The position numbers were made by a program, and so were the translations under genes. 47,020 nt of DNA from Paraglomus brasilianum (taxonomy: Eukaryota), in assembly GCA_910592345.1 (NCBI GenBank), contig CAJVPI010000167.1, positions 1-47,020 of the forward strand. Reading direction: 5' to 3'. The notes beneath the pieces are model-generated. The model saw nothing but the letters and a program-made list of their open reading frames with translations. It did not search any database and had not been told where the DNA came from. The first letter of the stretch is position 1; every line of letters starts with the position of its first letter. Positions 10,907-22,706 of the stretch are shown in pieces.

Positions 10907-13371
10907 ATGGGCAGACTGGTTAATATAGATTTTATCAATTGCCCACATTCAGAAGTGCCGAAAGCGACAAAGTTAGATACGTCAATGACGCTCGAGAAAA
11001 TCCGCGGGGAGCTCTCGCAATGTGAAAATGGCGAATCCATTATGAAGGACGATATGTATTTTTGTAATATTGGACGCCCGTATGTGATATCAAGGAGCAG
11101 AGAAGCAAACATTTTTCTCTACGAGATACTCGGTGACAACAATAATCTCTGCATCAAGCGAAGCGAGAACCTTGAAAAAGTAGTGCCTCGTTTAATTAAA
11201 GAGAAAAAGTTAGATTGTGGCATTCGATGGACTGAAAATGGACCAAAACAGTCTGATAGCACAGCATTCAAGTTTACCAGATATGAATTTCTCTCAGTTC
11301 GCCGTGACTGTGGACGTAGTTTTGAAAAAAGTAACAAGAAACTCTGTGAAAATGGCATTGAATGGAAACTAGATTTGAATATGTCATGGTAAGAATGTCT
11401 CTTGATGGGTAGCTTAATGCACAGCTTTTTATAATACAACTGATAAGTTGCGTTATCCAACTTGTACGCAACTGAAGAAAAGAGTAGTACGAATGACTAA
11501 TTTATGTTTATTTAATTAAAAACGCAATTTCTTACATAATGACAATTGATGATACTAGGTTACCATTTACCGGCTCGATAGGCGCACGATTTGCGCAAAA
11601 AGCATCAAACGGAATTGAACATAATTCACGGCGGATAATCCAAAGGCATGATCGAAAGGCATTATTGCTGAAAAGAGAACATGTAAAACCTTCCGAGGAA
11701 TTTAGAAATGAAGTAGAGCGAGCTTTGGAGTTGAGAAGTCAAAAGGAGATGCGTAACGCACTGAATGAAATTTGCGAGAAATATGGGCATTTTTGGGCGA
11801 GAACAGTACGACTAGGAGGAATGATTATCAAAAACGAGGAAGAGCATAAAGAAACCAATGTTCAACCGATTGGTGGGAAAATCAGCATTGATGCCACGTT
11901 GAGAACAGCACCATTGGAAACAATGGGTGGGATAAATCGGAATAATGAAACGCTGAACCAAAACTCATCTAGCAATTTGGACAAGATTATAACAGTTATT
12001 GGTGGAGATGAGGCAGCTTACAAGTATGAAGATGATACAGGTATTAAGTTTATAAAGACGAAACTTTTCTAGTTCTATGGCTAAACTTTGTTTCTCCACC
12101 ATCCTACACCCCCCCCCTTTAATATTAAGAACAATGGCTTGAAACACTCCGAGATCACTTTACCTTGGAGATAGTGGATTATGAAGATATAGTTCCAATA
12201 TTTGAAATTTTTGAGGGAACTACACGAAATACTATCATCAAAGCATTTGGTCCAAGAATATGCTATCATGGGATTAATGAATTGAAGCTCTCAAGAAAGA
12301 CCAAATATCTATGTGTGCGTCCACTAGAAATCAATTCTAATGTATGGGAGGGAATTAGCCAGCATCAAATTTTTGCAGAAGTCATGCGTGATGACAAGGA
12401 TGATGCAATATTTGCAGTGAATATTGAACAAATGGCAAGTGGGCCACCAAACTTACATGTATCCAAAGTTCAGGAAATTGGTAATTTCAACAATTTATTT
12501 CGGAAGAGATATACACATACTTTGAAAATAGCCTACTTTATCACAGGATATCCACAATCATTCATCTTCCAAACAGTTGACGAATTACCTGTTGAGGTTG
12601 GTGTTGTTGAAGGAAAAAAGAGAGATGATAAGTTTGTTGCTCCATTGCCAATGATTCCAAATATTAAAGGCTTTAGTCAAAAAGTTGTCTTAATCACTTG
12701 TTATGTGACACAGCAGACTATGCTGCTTGGCGATTATGTGATATTTGCAATGCACCTTCACAAGGACAATACCAATATTACTGAAGTATGCATTTCTGGT
12801 AAGTATATAATTTTGATTATCTACTATCTAATACTAGTATATTTAATGAATGTAAAGATCTACTGTGATGGTTATTTATGTAAACATGTAACAAGTCAGT
12901 AATATTGTCATCTATTTATTCATGCATAACAGCCTACAGATGTAGTAATAACGGTTCTTGCAAAATAAAAATAGAAAATTTGCCGCAAGAAAGTATTAAA
13001 ATTGCTTACTGGTATGCATTATTATTATATTACTGTTGAGGCCTTGGTTTTTCTATTGATTACTTACAAGATAAATTAATAGTATTATTACAGATAAACG
13101 GCAAAATAGTGTTTCTGGTGAAATTGAATTTGAACTTAAAAACGCCAAAAGGTTTAAGACTTACAAAGCTCTATTATCGAATCAAAGATGTAATAGTGTA
13201 TTTACAAGTATAGTACTTCCTTCAGAACAATGTGTTCCTGTATTCAAGTTAACTACCAATAAGCATATACTATACTGTTCTGAACAAAATCGTAGTGATA
13301 TCTTAGGGGGAAGCTTTATTTATTTCCATCGTGAAATAGATAATGCTTGCGTTAGCTCGAGGAAAAGCTAA
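10907..13371 (+). CDS. Ubiquitin-like N-terminal domain + MACPF-like domain + beta-rich C-terminal region, ~666 aa. Exons 10907-11388, 11559-12040, 12130-12798, 12933-13011, 13083-13371
   Basis: Four GT-AG introns give 2001 nt in frame. MACPF signature-like EKYGHFWARTVRLGG is preceded by KPSEEFRNEVERAL and followed by VIGGD and QWLETLRD..EIVDYEDIVPIFEI. The N-terminus (KLDTSMTLEKIRGEL..MYF..ISRSREANIFLYEIL..NLCI) has a beta-grasp-like pattern (inference). No signal peptide is visible. Confidence 0.8.
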
Positions 13372-13614
13372 ATAATTTATAGTATTAATATAAAGTGTTG
13401 TTAATAATAAATATTTATAAGTTTTCAGAGAAAGATCGTTATTCTTATAGGAGGGAATAGTCCGGGAGAAACTAATTCTATTCTGCCCGACTCTCCAAGT
13501 AACTCGCCTCTAAGCAGAGCATACCCCCATATGTATAGTACCTGCAGCAGTTTATATTTATCAGATATTACATTGTCATGTGATATTAGTATAAACATAC
13601 TCCGCAGAGACAAT

Positions 13615-13710
13615 TCCATCGAAGATACTTCCATTAGTTGATCGTGTTTACTTATCCAGTCTTTCATTTGCTTTGGTTCTATGTCGAATCTGCCCGTTGT
13701 TCTCGGATAG
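13615..13710 (-). mobile_element. Short pogo/Tigger-like transposase HTH fragment
   Basis: The minus strand reads RTTGRFDIEPKQMKDWISKHDQLMEVS, resembling the N-terminal HTH of pogo-family transposases. The remainder is not recognisable. Confidence 0.4.
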
Positions 13711-14094
13711 AATGATCAGTTAAGTCTGATTCGGGACTTAGACATCGGGTCGCCCGAGATCGGGCTAGGGGGATGGCTCGATTCTCTCAATTCTATTCGA
13801 GTCTCAAAAATCATTATTAGTGAGAAGTTTTTGGTTCATAATTTTGAGAACCATCATCATCTATTAATTCTGCCAGATAAAAGCCAAAATTTATGATAAA
13901 CAACGCATTGTTTTGTTTATTTGCAAAACACTTGATTATCCGAAGGCAATTATTTTCGTTACACACTGTATATTACTAGAATGTATGGATCAAAACATCC
14001 TGCAGTAAAATGTTACGCGTTATATTTTTAAGTGTCGCTCCGTTGTATTAATGGACAAATTGTGCCGTGTATTGTTTTTATGGTCCGGTGCATA

Positions 14095-14817
14095 AATGTA
14101 GATACCTCAATATAAGAGGTTTCAATCAAGAAATTTTTTGTATGTAATAAAGTAATACTATATCTATCATTCTGCATACTTTGATCTATCTACGATGTTT
14201 CCAGCAATTGATAACCAACGCTGTTGACGGGGAATGATCGTTAGTGCTTATAAATATTTTTCTGATTCTACCTCCGTCAATAAACGTAATCAGAAGCTCA
14301 CACTACGCAAGTGTATTGCTGTGGTATTGGGCATTTCAGAAAGTACTTTTGGGAGGGTTATTCAAGATTGGAACAAATGTAATGGCAGATCTTTCACACC
14401 ACATAAGATCATTGGCCGACCGGAGGTTTGAATCAAATAAAACAGACGACCCCTATCTACGGCAGTTTCTTTCAGAAAAAGGACATATAGTTTCTAAGTG
14501 GCAACTTCTTCGTATGTTATACAGTTTAGGCTACTACTTTGGCCGGGGTGATAGAAGGAATATTTTTACACGAGTCACCAAATAACGTTATATTTCGCTG
14601 TCAATATCTTTAATATCGGCTTGCTAATTTACAAGGTAAACTCACAGGTTATTACTGGATTATGGAAAAAAATCATTAGGATAGCAAAAGATTATGTAAA
14701 TTCTGATAATAATTCTTTTGTAGTTGATTTTGACTAATCAACTTTTAATAAAATTGATTTATCTAATCAGAATTAAAAAAATAACTTTTCAAAAAATTTC
14801 TATGAGGTATCTACATT
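14095..14817 (+). mobile_element. Internally deleted Tc1/mariner (IS630-like) element
   Basis: Inverted ends aatgtagatacctca (14095-14109) and tgaggtatctacatt (14803-14817), plus agaaattttttg/caaaaaatttct. Inside are frameshifted HTH fragments IAVVLGISESTFGRVIQDWNK..GRP and LRQFLSEKGHIVSKWQLLRMLYSLGYYF. No DDE domain remains. Confidence 0.75.
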
Positions 14818-17284
14818 GTTACAGACTATGTAAATAGCCGATTTTGCTATTTACTACGGAATTATTCGATTGGTCAAAAATTCACTCCCATGTATTTTGG
14901 ATCGGGTGACGAGCTCATGTATTCTGCGGTGACTTAGATTTCGAACACCAACTTGATCACTTAGTGATAATTCGCGAGTAGATGTCTGGGAGGGAAATTG
15001 AGCACTAGAGTGATGAGTTCGAATATGATATAAAATTCATTATATAAACGACCTCTTTCCCAGGCGGAAAAAAGTAAGTTGGCTGCTGAGGGTAAAACCA
15101 AAGCAGAACGCTGAAATTAACCTTCATTAACGAGATAATCTACGATATAATGTATAACGGGTATTAGATATTTTATACATGAGCGGCATTTCTTCGTCCG
15201 CTACGTTTTATCAGGAACATCTGTTGAACCTGACCTTCGGTGATATATTATTCGCCTTCGTCTGTGTGATGAAACAGCGATGTTATTAATTCCCTAAATA
15301 TATATTAACAAAATAATAGTTGATAATGAGGGAACACTTAAATACAGGATACAACTGGTCAGTTTTCAAATAGATATAAAAAGATAAAAATCAAAAAACG
15401 CGCGCATGCTTGAATTCTTACATCGTCGAATGGCATAACGTTTATTTACTTACGGTTTTCGTTTATAGCAACGAATAGCAGACAGAAAACAAAATCGTTG
15501 TGCATTGAACTTGAGAATATATCCACGGTATGCTTTTAATAAGTATATTATATCAAATTGTTACGTGAACATTCTTATGAATCCAAACTTACATGCGTCG
15601 CCCGTTTTTTTGCACATTTAAATTTTAGTTTCAAAAGACGCACGATGAATTGTTTAAACGCATTACTAAAAATGCCAAGAGTTATGTCGACCTATTTTGT
15701 CGTGCGATAGATGTAATAACGCCTTCATCGACAGTAGAGTGTAGAGGATGAGAAGGCTAAGGCAAAAACTCTCATGTTTAGCACTTCACTTTTACATAAA
15801 AAAAAATTCTAAAATAATTATATGCTTGATATACCCTCATAAAAGGATACAATAATAATATATTAAAAGATAAATAAAATACTAGACAGGAAGCATAATA
15901 ACAAAACTCGAGCAGAAAAACAAAAAGTTATTAAGCAAATCAAATTATTGGAAAAGGAAGCAGCGGATAAGGATAAAGAAATTGTTCGATCAAAAGAAAA
16001 TAATTTTGAGTTAAGAATTTGAAATGCTGTCCACAGTTTTACTGAAGTTTAGAATGGGTTCTACTTTAAGAATTACTTGGCCTAAAAATGGACGAGTAAG
16101 TGTTCAAAAAGAAAATGGGAATTGATAAAGTGTTTAACAAAGATTTCACTTATTTGCTATCGGAATATGGTTTTTTTTCTTTGACTTTTTGTTTTATCTC
16201 CATAGTAATAGGTAGAGTTTAACCGTGCATATAACTTGCCTATTTCCTGAATTGAGACGATGTTAATATTAATTTTCAGGTTTGTAAAAGTTGTAATATA
16301 ATCCTAGGTATGTGTACTAAATGTTTATGTTTTTTTGCCATACCAAGAATATTGTGAAAACTAATATGTTAATGACGACTCCCTAATTTCTGCGTAGCCC
16401 AAACATTTTGCATCAGCACTGCCACTCGCATAATATACGCAACGGATGTAACAGTGACAAGAATTAGTTCATCGATTAATATGGGAAGAGTAGGAGTATA
16501 TGTAGATAAAAATATGCGAAAACGGAAAGCGCGATTTTCCGATAGAATTAATCATGTTCTTTAATAATCATTAATATTTCTTTCTAGTAAACGAGTAGTT
16601 CTTTATATACTCTGAAACACATTATTAATGATTCGTTCTCTGGTAAATTATTCGAACCACTAATCTCTATATCGATTAGGAATATCCGCCCCTCGTGACA
16701 TCACGATTTTATTCGCTTAAAATGAGACGTACAGTATGTAACAAAAAAAAAACGTAATTACAAAAAAGTCCGTTGTTTATTAACCTCTATAACAAAAATA
16801 GCACAAATAACAGCTCGTTTAAAAGCTAAAGAGATGTAGATTCCATTATTGAGAAGTCACACCGGGATTAGTTTCTTTTTGAAAGGAATTCGGAAAGTTT
16901 GGTGGAAAATAAGTAATTTGCTTATCTTTTCAAAGTTGAAATATGCTCTCCTTTAGTTTTTAAAAAAGCTTACATTCTTGTTTTATTGAGTTTAAAATTG
17001 AATTATAGTCTGTTCTGGTCAAATTACTCACTCCTCAACCATTATTGATTCTGTTTAGCCAAATTTTTCGCATTTTGGCGTTTCCATACCTTTCTTGCCC
17101 ATAACTTTTATGGTAACCGAATTTTAACCTATCTCAAATAATTTTAGTCTTTCAATGTAATTTGTTCATAGCACATCGAATAAACAATCTGGAAAATTTA
17201 CAGGACATAATTACTTTAATTTTTGGTTAAATTGTGCGCACTTGGTTCCAAGCATAAAAAATTTGCGTTTTTTTTTGTTCACTG

Positions 17285-17512
17285 TACATTTGAGTAGATA
17301 CCAGTATACCCAACTTATAGGCTCCCATCGGAGGACTTAACGCGAGGGCGAATAACCGTCTAGGATTAGTGTCTACCGATTGACACTAGTAGAGCCTAGT
17401 TTAAAGGTCACTAACTGTCGTTATACCACGTATTTTACTAAAGTAGGAGAAACCACAGCTCCGTTCGAAAGATAGTTAAATCCCAAGAGTTGACGATCGA
17501 TTGCTCTCCCGC
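17285..17512 (-). repeat. Dispersed ~230 bp repeat, copy B (inverted relative to 3009-3237)
   Basis: Reverse complement aligns with copy A along most of its length and contains the hairpin tagtgtc-N8-gacacta. Confidence 0.8.
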
Positions 17513-19281
17513 GATTGTTGACTCGACAATATATTACTGTTTCAGAATATGATTTAGAAAACTACACAGATACCGAAGAGAACATAGAATAAAACCGAAT
17601 AAATGTCAAGATTTTGGTGATTTTCCTATTACTGCAAAGAAAACTAACGTTTTATGAGCTTGAAGAATAAACCGGTGAGAAAAGACAGTTTAGATTATCG
17701 AGTAAAAATACGATAAAAAAAAAGGTTGACAATATGCAGAAGTTGTCTTAATTTTGAAAAGAACCGAAATTGATTTAAAAAAAACCTCATTGGCCAAAGT
17801 TGCAGAAAAAGTTAAAACTCTAAACATAAGAAAAGATTTGGATAAATTAGGCAGAAGAAAAAGTCAACCAGGAAAGCCACGACAATTTAACAACATTGCT
17901 AATAGCACTACCCATCAGTTCTTTTGTGGCATGTAGTTGGTGATGACAATTTAAATGGTGAAGGAGATCGGTGAAATGGTGAAATAAGCCAAGCAAGATA
18001 TGAGTGCAAGAAGATAAAAAAAGTGTAATTTATTCGTTCTCTCTGTCATCCCCCATTAATTGGACAGTAGTAAGTAGTAGTAGGGAGGAGAAATAGACTA
18101 AAATGCTTATTTCTTGTCATAATTAGAATATCACTTTTCCACTTTTTTCCCTTCCGTGTTCTTTCTTTCAAATGCTTGTAACAGTATGGTAGTTTTGGGT
18201 TCTATGGTGGAATGTAAATTAGTTTCAGATTCAGATTTATATACACATGGCCATATATTTATATTAATATTGTATCAGTTTCAATTAGAATAAAGTTAAA
18301 TTTCATCTGAGCTGCCTTCATTCATTCATTTCTAAGCCCATCAGCCATTTTAGTACACATAGTTGAATGTTCACTTTGCCTGGTTTTGCAGCATGCCCCT
18401 TATCCAATTGTATGCCTGGAAAAAACAAAGGTGATCTGACTGAAATATTGGCAGATTAATGAAAAGAATGTTAGAAGAATTAAGGCCGAAATCAAAGTTA
18501 ATATTAATAATAAGGAATCCAATAGTGTATGAGTCTTTACAATAAAAATTCATAACGAGGCATTTCGATAGTATTAAATATAAGATTTTTAAACTTATAG
18601 TAATAGGTACTTACCATGTAAAGTTTGATCTCTTCTAAATCTTATCTTACGTTTATAACGAAAACATAAAATTGATAGGTGTCGCCAAATATCTGATAGA
18701 CGCAATGTTATTATTGACGGAAAATACTGTATTCTCTCATACGTATACTTTGAGGGGTCAAGAATACTTTTCATGACGATGTAATATTAATTCATAACAA
18801 TAATTGTTATTCAGCTTCTGAATTATTTTGTAGACAGTTGTGAAGAATGTATTTTATAAATCGAATTATTACAGCGTGTAGTCTACATTTCTCGTATCAT
18901 TTCAGATTACCAACAGCCAGATAATAACATTATAATCGCACCATTTTTATTTTATATTCGGGTCAGGTTTAGGTTTAGGAATCTTATATCCACAATTTTT
19001 GCTTACACCATACCGTAATTTGATATAAATAATATAATCGTCTTTTGACAAAATTTATTAACAGAAAATTATTCCATAGTTGATTTTACATATAAAGCAT
19101 GGGTAGTTCGGCTATGTAAGCAAAAAAAACGATAAAGAAGATATCGCAGGAGCTTTCATAACATATTCATCCGACCTGTTTTGACAGTGTCTTTAACAAT
19201 TGTAATAAATATCTATATGGTTTTTCTTATATAATCAATAGCCATTGATTCGAATATTCCTCAAGATTGTGTAGCCACAGT

Positions 19282-20196
19282 TCAAGTGTTTATTCGTTCA
19301 TAACTTAGATAGCCCTGACTATCAGTTGTGCTTAATCGAAGATTGTTATCTGTGACACCATCGTCATTATTATTGTCATCAGAGATTGGCACTTTATCGT
19401 AGCCATCGAATAGCTTATCCACATTGGGATCTTCATTCGAAAAAAGCGACGTAGTTCCCAGATGAGGGGTTTCCCCGTCTTGGTAATCCTCGAGATAAGA
19501 TCTAGAATATCGCCTTTCTTTACGAATAGGAATTTTTATGCCTTGTTTGGCGAACATTTTGGAGAGTTCCGTGGATTCTGTCATGCCGGGAAATTTTTTC
19601 GCAGCATAGACTGTGAACGATTCACTAAATGCTTCAGCCTCAACACGCACCTGGCTCTGGGGATCTCCACATCTGACTAGTTGACCGATATCAGCAAACT
19701 GAAACTTTAACGTGAAGGTTCCCTCCGTTCGCACGGAAAGATCTTGAAATATAAAATAAATTTCCCGTTGTCCATGATTATTGAACAGACAATATGCGGA
19801 TGAAGTTAACGATCCCATAAGGTTACGTGTATATGTTGGATTCCATGACAGAACGTTTGAGGATGATCCTATGGAGATGGTGGAATGAGCTGCCATAGAT
19901 GAAGGACTAATGACAAGATTACGTTCTTTCTTGCGGTTACTTGACCATAGTCCTGCGTGGACGGCAAACATTGAGTGGTCCACAGAACTCGCGGGTATGG
20001 GCTTTCCATCGGGAGTAGTCATAATGAGGCGGACTACGGGAGGTGGATCTACCGGACGTCGGTCTTTCTCACCGAACCCACACATTCTAGCCCTTACGGG
20101 CTGTTGGGCAACTTCCAGTCTGTAAATTATAGGCGGTTGTTGAGGAATCATTGGATTTGACGAAGACATATCTGAATACGCGTAAACTGAACCCAT
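19282..20196 (-). CDS. Velvet-domain transcription regulator (VelB/VosA/VelC-like), single exon, 304 aa
   Basis: Velvet motifs YRLEVAQQPVRARMCGFGEKDRRPVDPPPVVRL, RNLMGSL, YFIFQDLSVRTEGTFTLKF and FTVYAAKKFPGMTESTELSKMFAKQGIKIPIR. Confidence 0.95.
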   Translation of the reverse strand: MGSVYAYSDMSSSNPMIPQQPPIIYRLEVAQQPVRARMCGFGEKDRRPVDPPPVVRLIMTTPDGKPIPASSVDHSMFAVHAGLWSSNRKKERNLVISPSSMAAHSTISIGSSSNVLSWNPTYTRNLMGSLTSSAYCLFNNHGQREIYFIFQDLSVRTEGTFTLKFQFADIGQLVRCGDPQSQVRVEAEAFSESFTVYAAKKFPGMTESTELSKMFAKQGIKIPIRKERRYSRSYLEDYQDGETPHLGTTSLFSNEDPNVDKLFDGYDKVPISDDNNNDDGVTDNNLRLSTTDSQGYLSYERINT

Positions 20197-21981
20197 TTTT
20201 TACAGTATTAACAAGAGAGAGAAAAATATTCTATTCTTCGGTATGGAGACGATTGACAGTAGTTCTAAAAGTTGTTTAACCAAGGTGGCGGTGCCTTTGT
20301 CTATTCTGATAAAGAAATTAACATTTCAGACGGCTGTGTAACATCTAGTGTCCCCTATTACAATCAGGGATTAATGGACCCGTGGCGATCGCACCTTTTA
20401 TGCTAAAGAATCGAATATTCTAATTCTAAACAGAGAATATTAGTGTGTTAGTTAGCATTTCAACAAGACTTGATTGCGTTTATTTAGCCATGTATGCGGA
20501 ATACATACTGTAGATTCTCGCTCAGTTAGCGCGATGAGTCCATTGTCCATAAGACTTTTGTATTTCCTCCGTTGCTCTTCACACAGACTGCGAATCCCAA
20601 CGGTACCATTATAAGCCATTTTTCCCTATTCGTCCCAGTTGATTGGTGAAGTCTGCTATTTGGTTTCTCAGTTATCGAGGAAGAATCCTGTTCTTCATTA
20701 CTAACTCCACGAAAGTAACAATGTGTGTTTAACAGCGCACTAATATCCTGAAAAATCCACAAAGTTGTCGAAAGCCAATCACATGTCAAGAATTCGCAAA
20801 CAAAAATGCGGGATGACTAATAAAGCTTTTTGATAAGAATCTTGACAGAAAGAGCCTGAGATGAGAAATAGTAGAGGAAAAACTCTTATTCAATGACGAA
20901 ATGTCTTGTAGTGGCAGAGTTCACGTGCATGCAGCCATTCCCATTCTATTATTAATTTGTTTCTTGTGCATGACATTTTATATACTCGTGTAGCCAGGTA
21001 TACCCATTACCTGGTGTAAGTTCGTTATTACACATAGTGACCAGGTATATATTAATATACCCGTTGTTAGCTTTCTCGACATTTGGGAAATCCACGTGAT
21101 ACTAATTTCTGTCCGTCTTCCTAGATCGTGCCGTGGTGGCCGCATGCAATCAAGCGAGCACACGGTAAAATTCTTTGGCCATCGTTACCATTATGAAAAA
21201 AGAAAAGAAAAAAAACAACGTTATGCAACGACCCTCCTCAATCATCACGTAATGGGCTTCAAAAATCTCTTAATATGCTCAATCGGAATGATCAAATAAC
21301 CGCCACATTCTTGTGAGGTTAATGATAACATATCAATGTATCCAACAAAGCAAAATATCAATTCTGCTGTTCTACCTGCCTAACTGAAACGGATTCGAAT
21401 TAATATTAAGAGAATAAATAGTTTCCGTCGTTAACCAGTATTTTATCACCCATTTGTAGTGATTCTTCCATTTGACGTCGAAATCTATCCGACAGCAGGA
21501 GGGTTAAACTTCAATATTGCAGGCAGATTATAGATACGATTCAAGCACTGTAGCTCATTAGATCAGCAAAAAAATTATCTCTTGGTGTGCATTTATTATC
21601 AAATGATGACATCGCTTATGGATCTTGGCCCGTTTTTATGTGTTTATTTCTTTGACTAAAGGAGGAGAAGACGATATTATAGTAGGCTTGTACAAGGGAT
21701 TTACTGACAGTGCATCAGCGCCATCCCTTGACGGCAATCGTGCAAGCTAACGAATATCGTCAAAATATGCTTATCTACTGCGTACAAATTATGCTATAAA
21801 GAGAAATTGCATGCCCGCATTTACGGTTTAATATTGTTGAAACAGCTATATCAAACGCTACACAAAAAATACCAAATACTATATCACAGTGATAAATAAT
21901 ATGCAATCTAACGAAACTATCTTCGATCAAGAACTCCGGTCTACTCATTCACTAACAAGTCATACCTCAATTAAATACATT

Positions 21982-22586
21982 TTACGGTAATACCTTTGTT
22001 TTCTTCTTTTTTTTATCATTTTCCCTCAGAGCTTTGCGTTTCGGTAGACTTAGTATCCTGTCTTCTATGGCAGCACGTGTTCCTTCGAACCCCGCCCGTG
22101 GTTTCTGAAATGAATAGATCATGAGAAAGAAGGCTTACAATTCGTAAAGCTAGACAAAATGATTATTTACGCGTCTTTTTATAATTGTCCCATCTGCAGC
22201 TAGAACGTGTCCAAGTCGAATTAATCTTTGCCGACGAAGAAACTCATCGACTGTGGGAAAGCGCTCCTTACTGGAATTAGACAAAGCAGGATGAGTTAGG
22301 ATACATAAGGCTACGTCTTTTGCAAGTGAATCGTATGTACCTACATTTCTTGTTCGGTGTATTGTGGAGCTTTCTTATTGGAAATATCAACAATGTCTAC
22401 TGTTTCCTCTGAAGTTTGAGAACCTTCATTAATTTTGAGACTTGCCGGTTCAGGCGTTTCCGAATCGCACGGGTTCACGACAGCATTTCCCTGATTATGA
22501 ATGCCCGAGCGTTTTACAGATTCTTTACTTGACTGCTTATGCTTCCGTCTTTTGATTTTTTTTATGCCGCTTTCTTCAGTGTTCAT
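21982..22586 (-). CDS. Small basic protein of unknown function, 3 exons (22586-22345, 22270-22171, 22104-21982); the start could be an upstream ATG
   Basis: Two in-phase GT-AG introns give MNTEESGIKKIKRRKHK...YTEQEI-KERFPTVDEFLRRQRLIRLGHVLAADGTIIKRR-KPRAGFEGTRAAIEDRILSLPKRKALRENDKKKKKTKVLP*. Lysine-rich NLS-like tracts. Confidence 0.65.
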
Positions 22587-22706
22587 TTGGTATTTTCCTT
22601 CATTTGGGTGATCAGACAATTTATGTAACATATGTTCACGTGATGACAACATATATAGTATATTAACTTTGACACGTTTTGTGGTTTGCAAGTATTTCGC
22701 TTCCTA

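Noticed and set aside
14900..18600. Possible genes in the AT-rich interval
   Set aside because: Only short stop-riddled fragments were found, with no spliceable model or recognisable motif; treated as decayed repeats.
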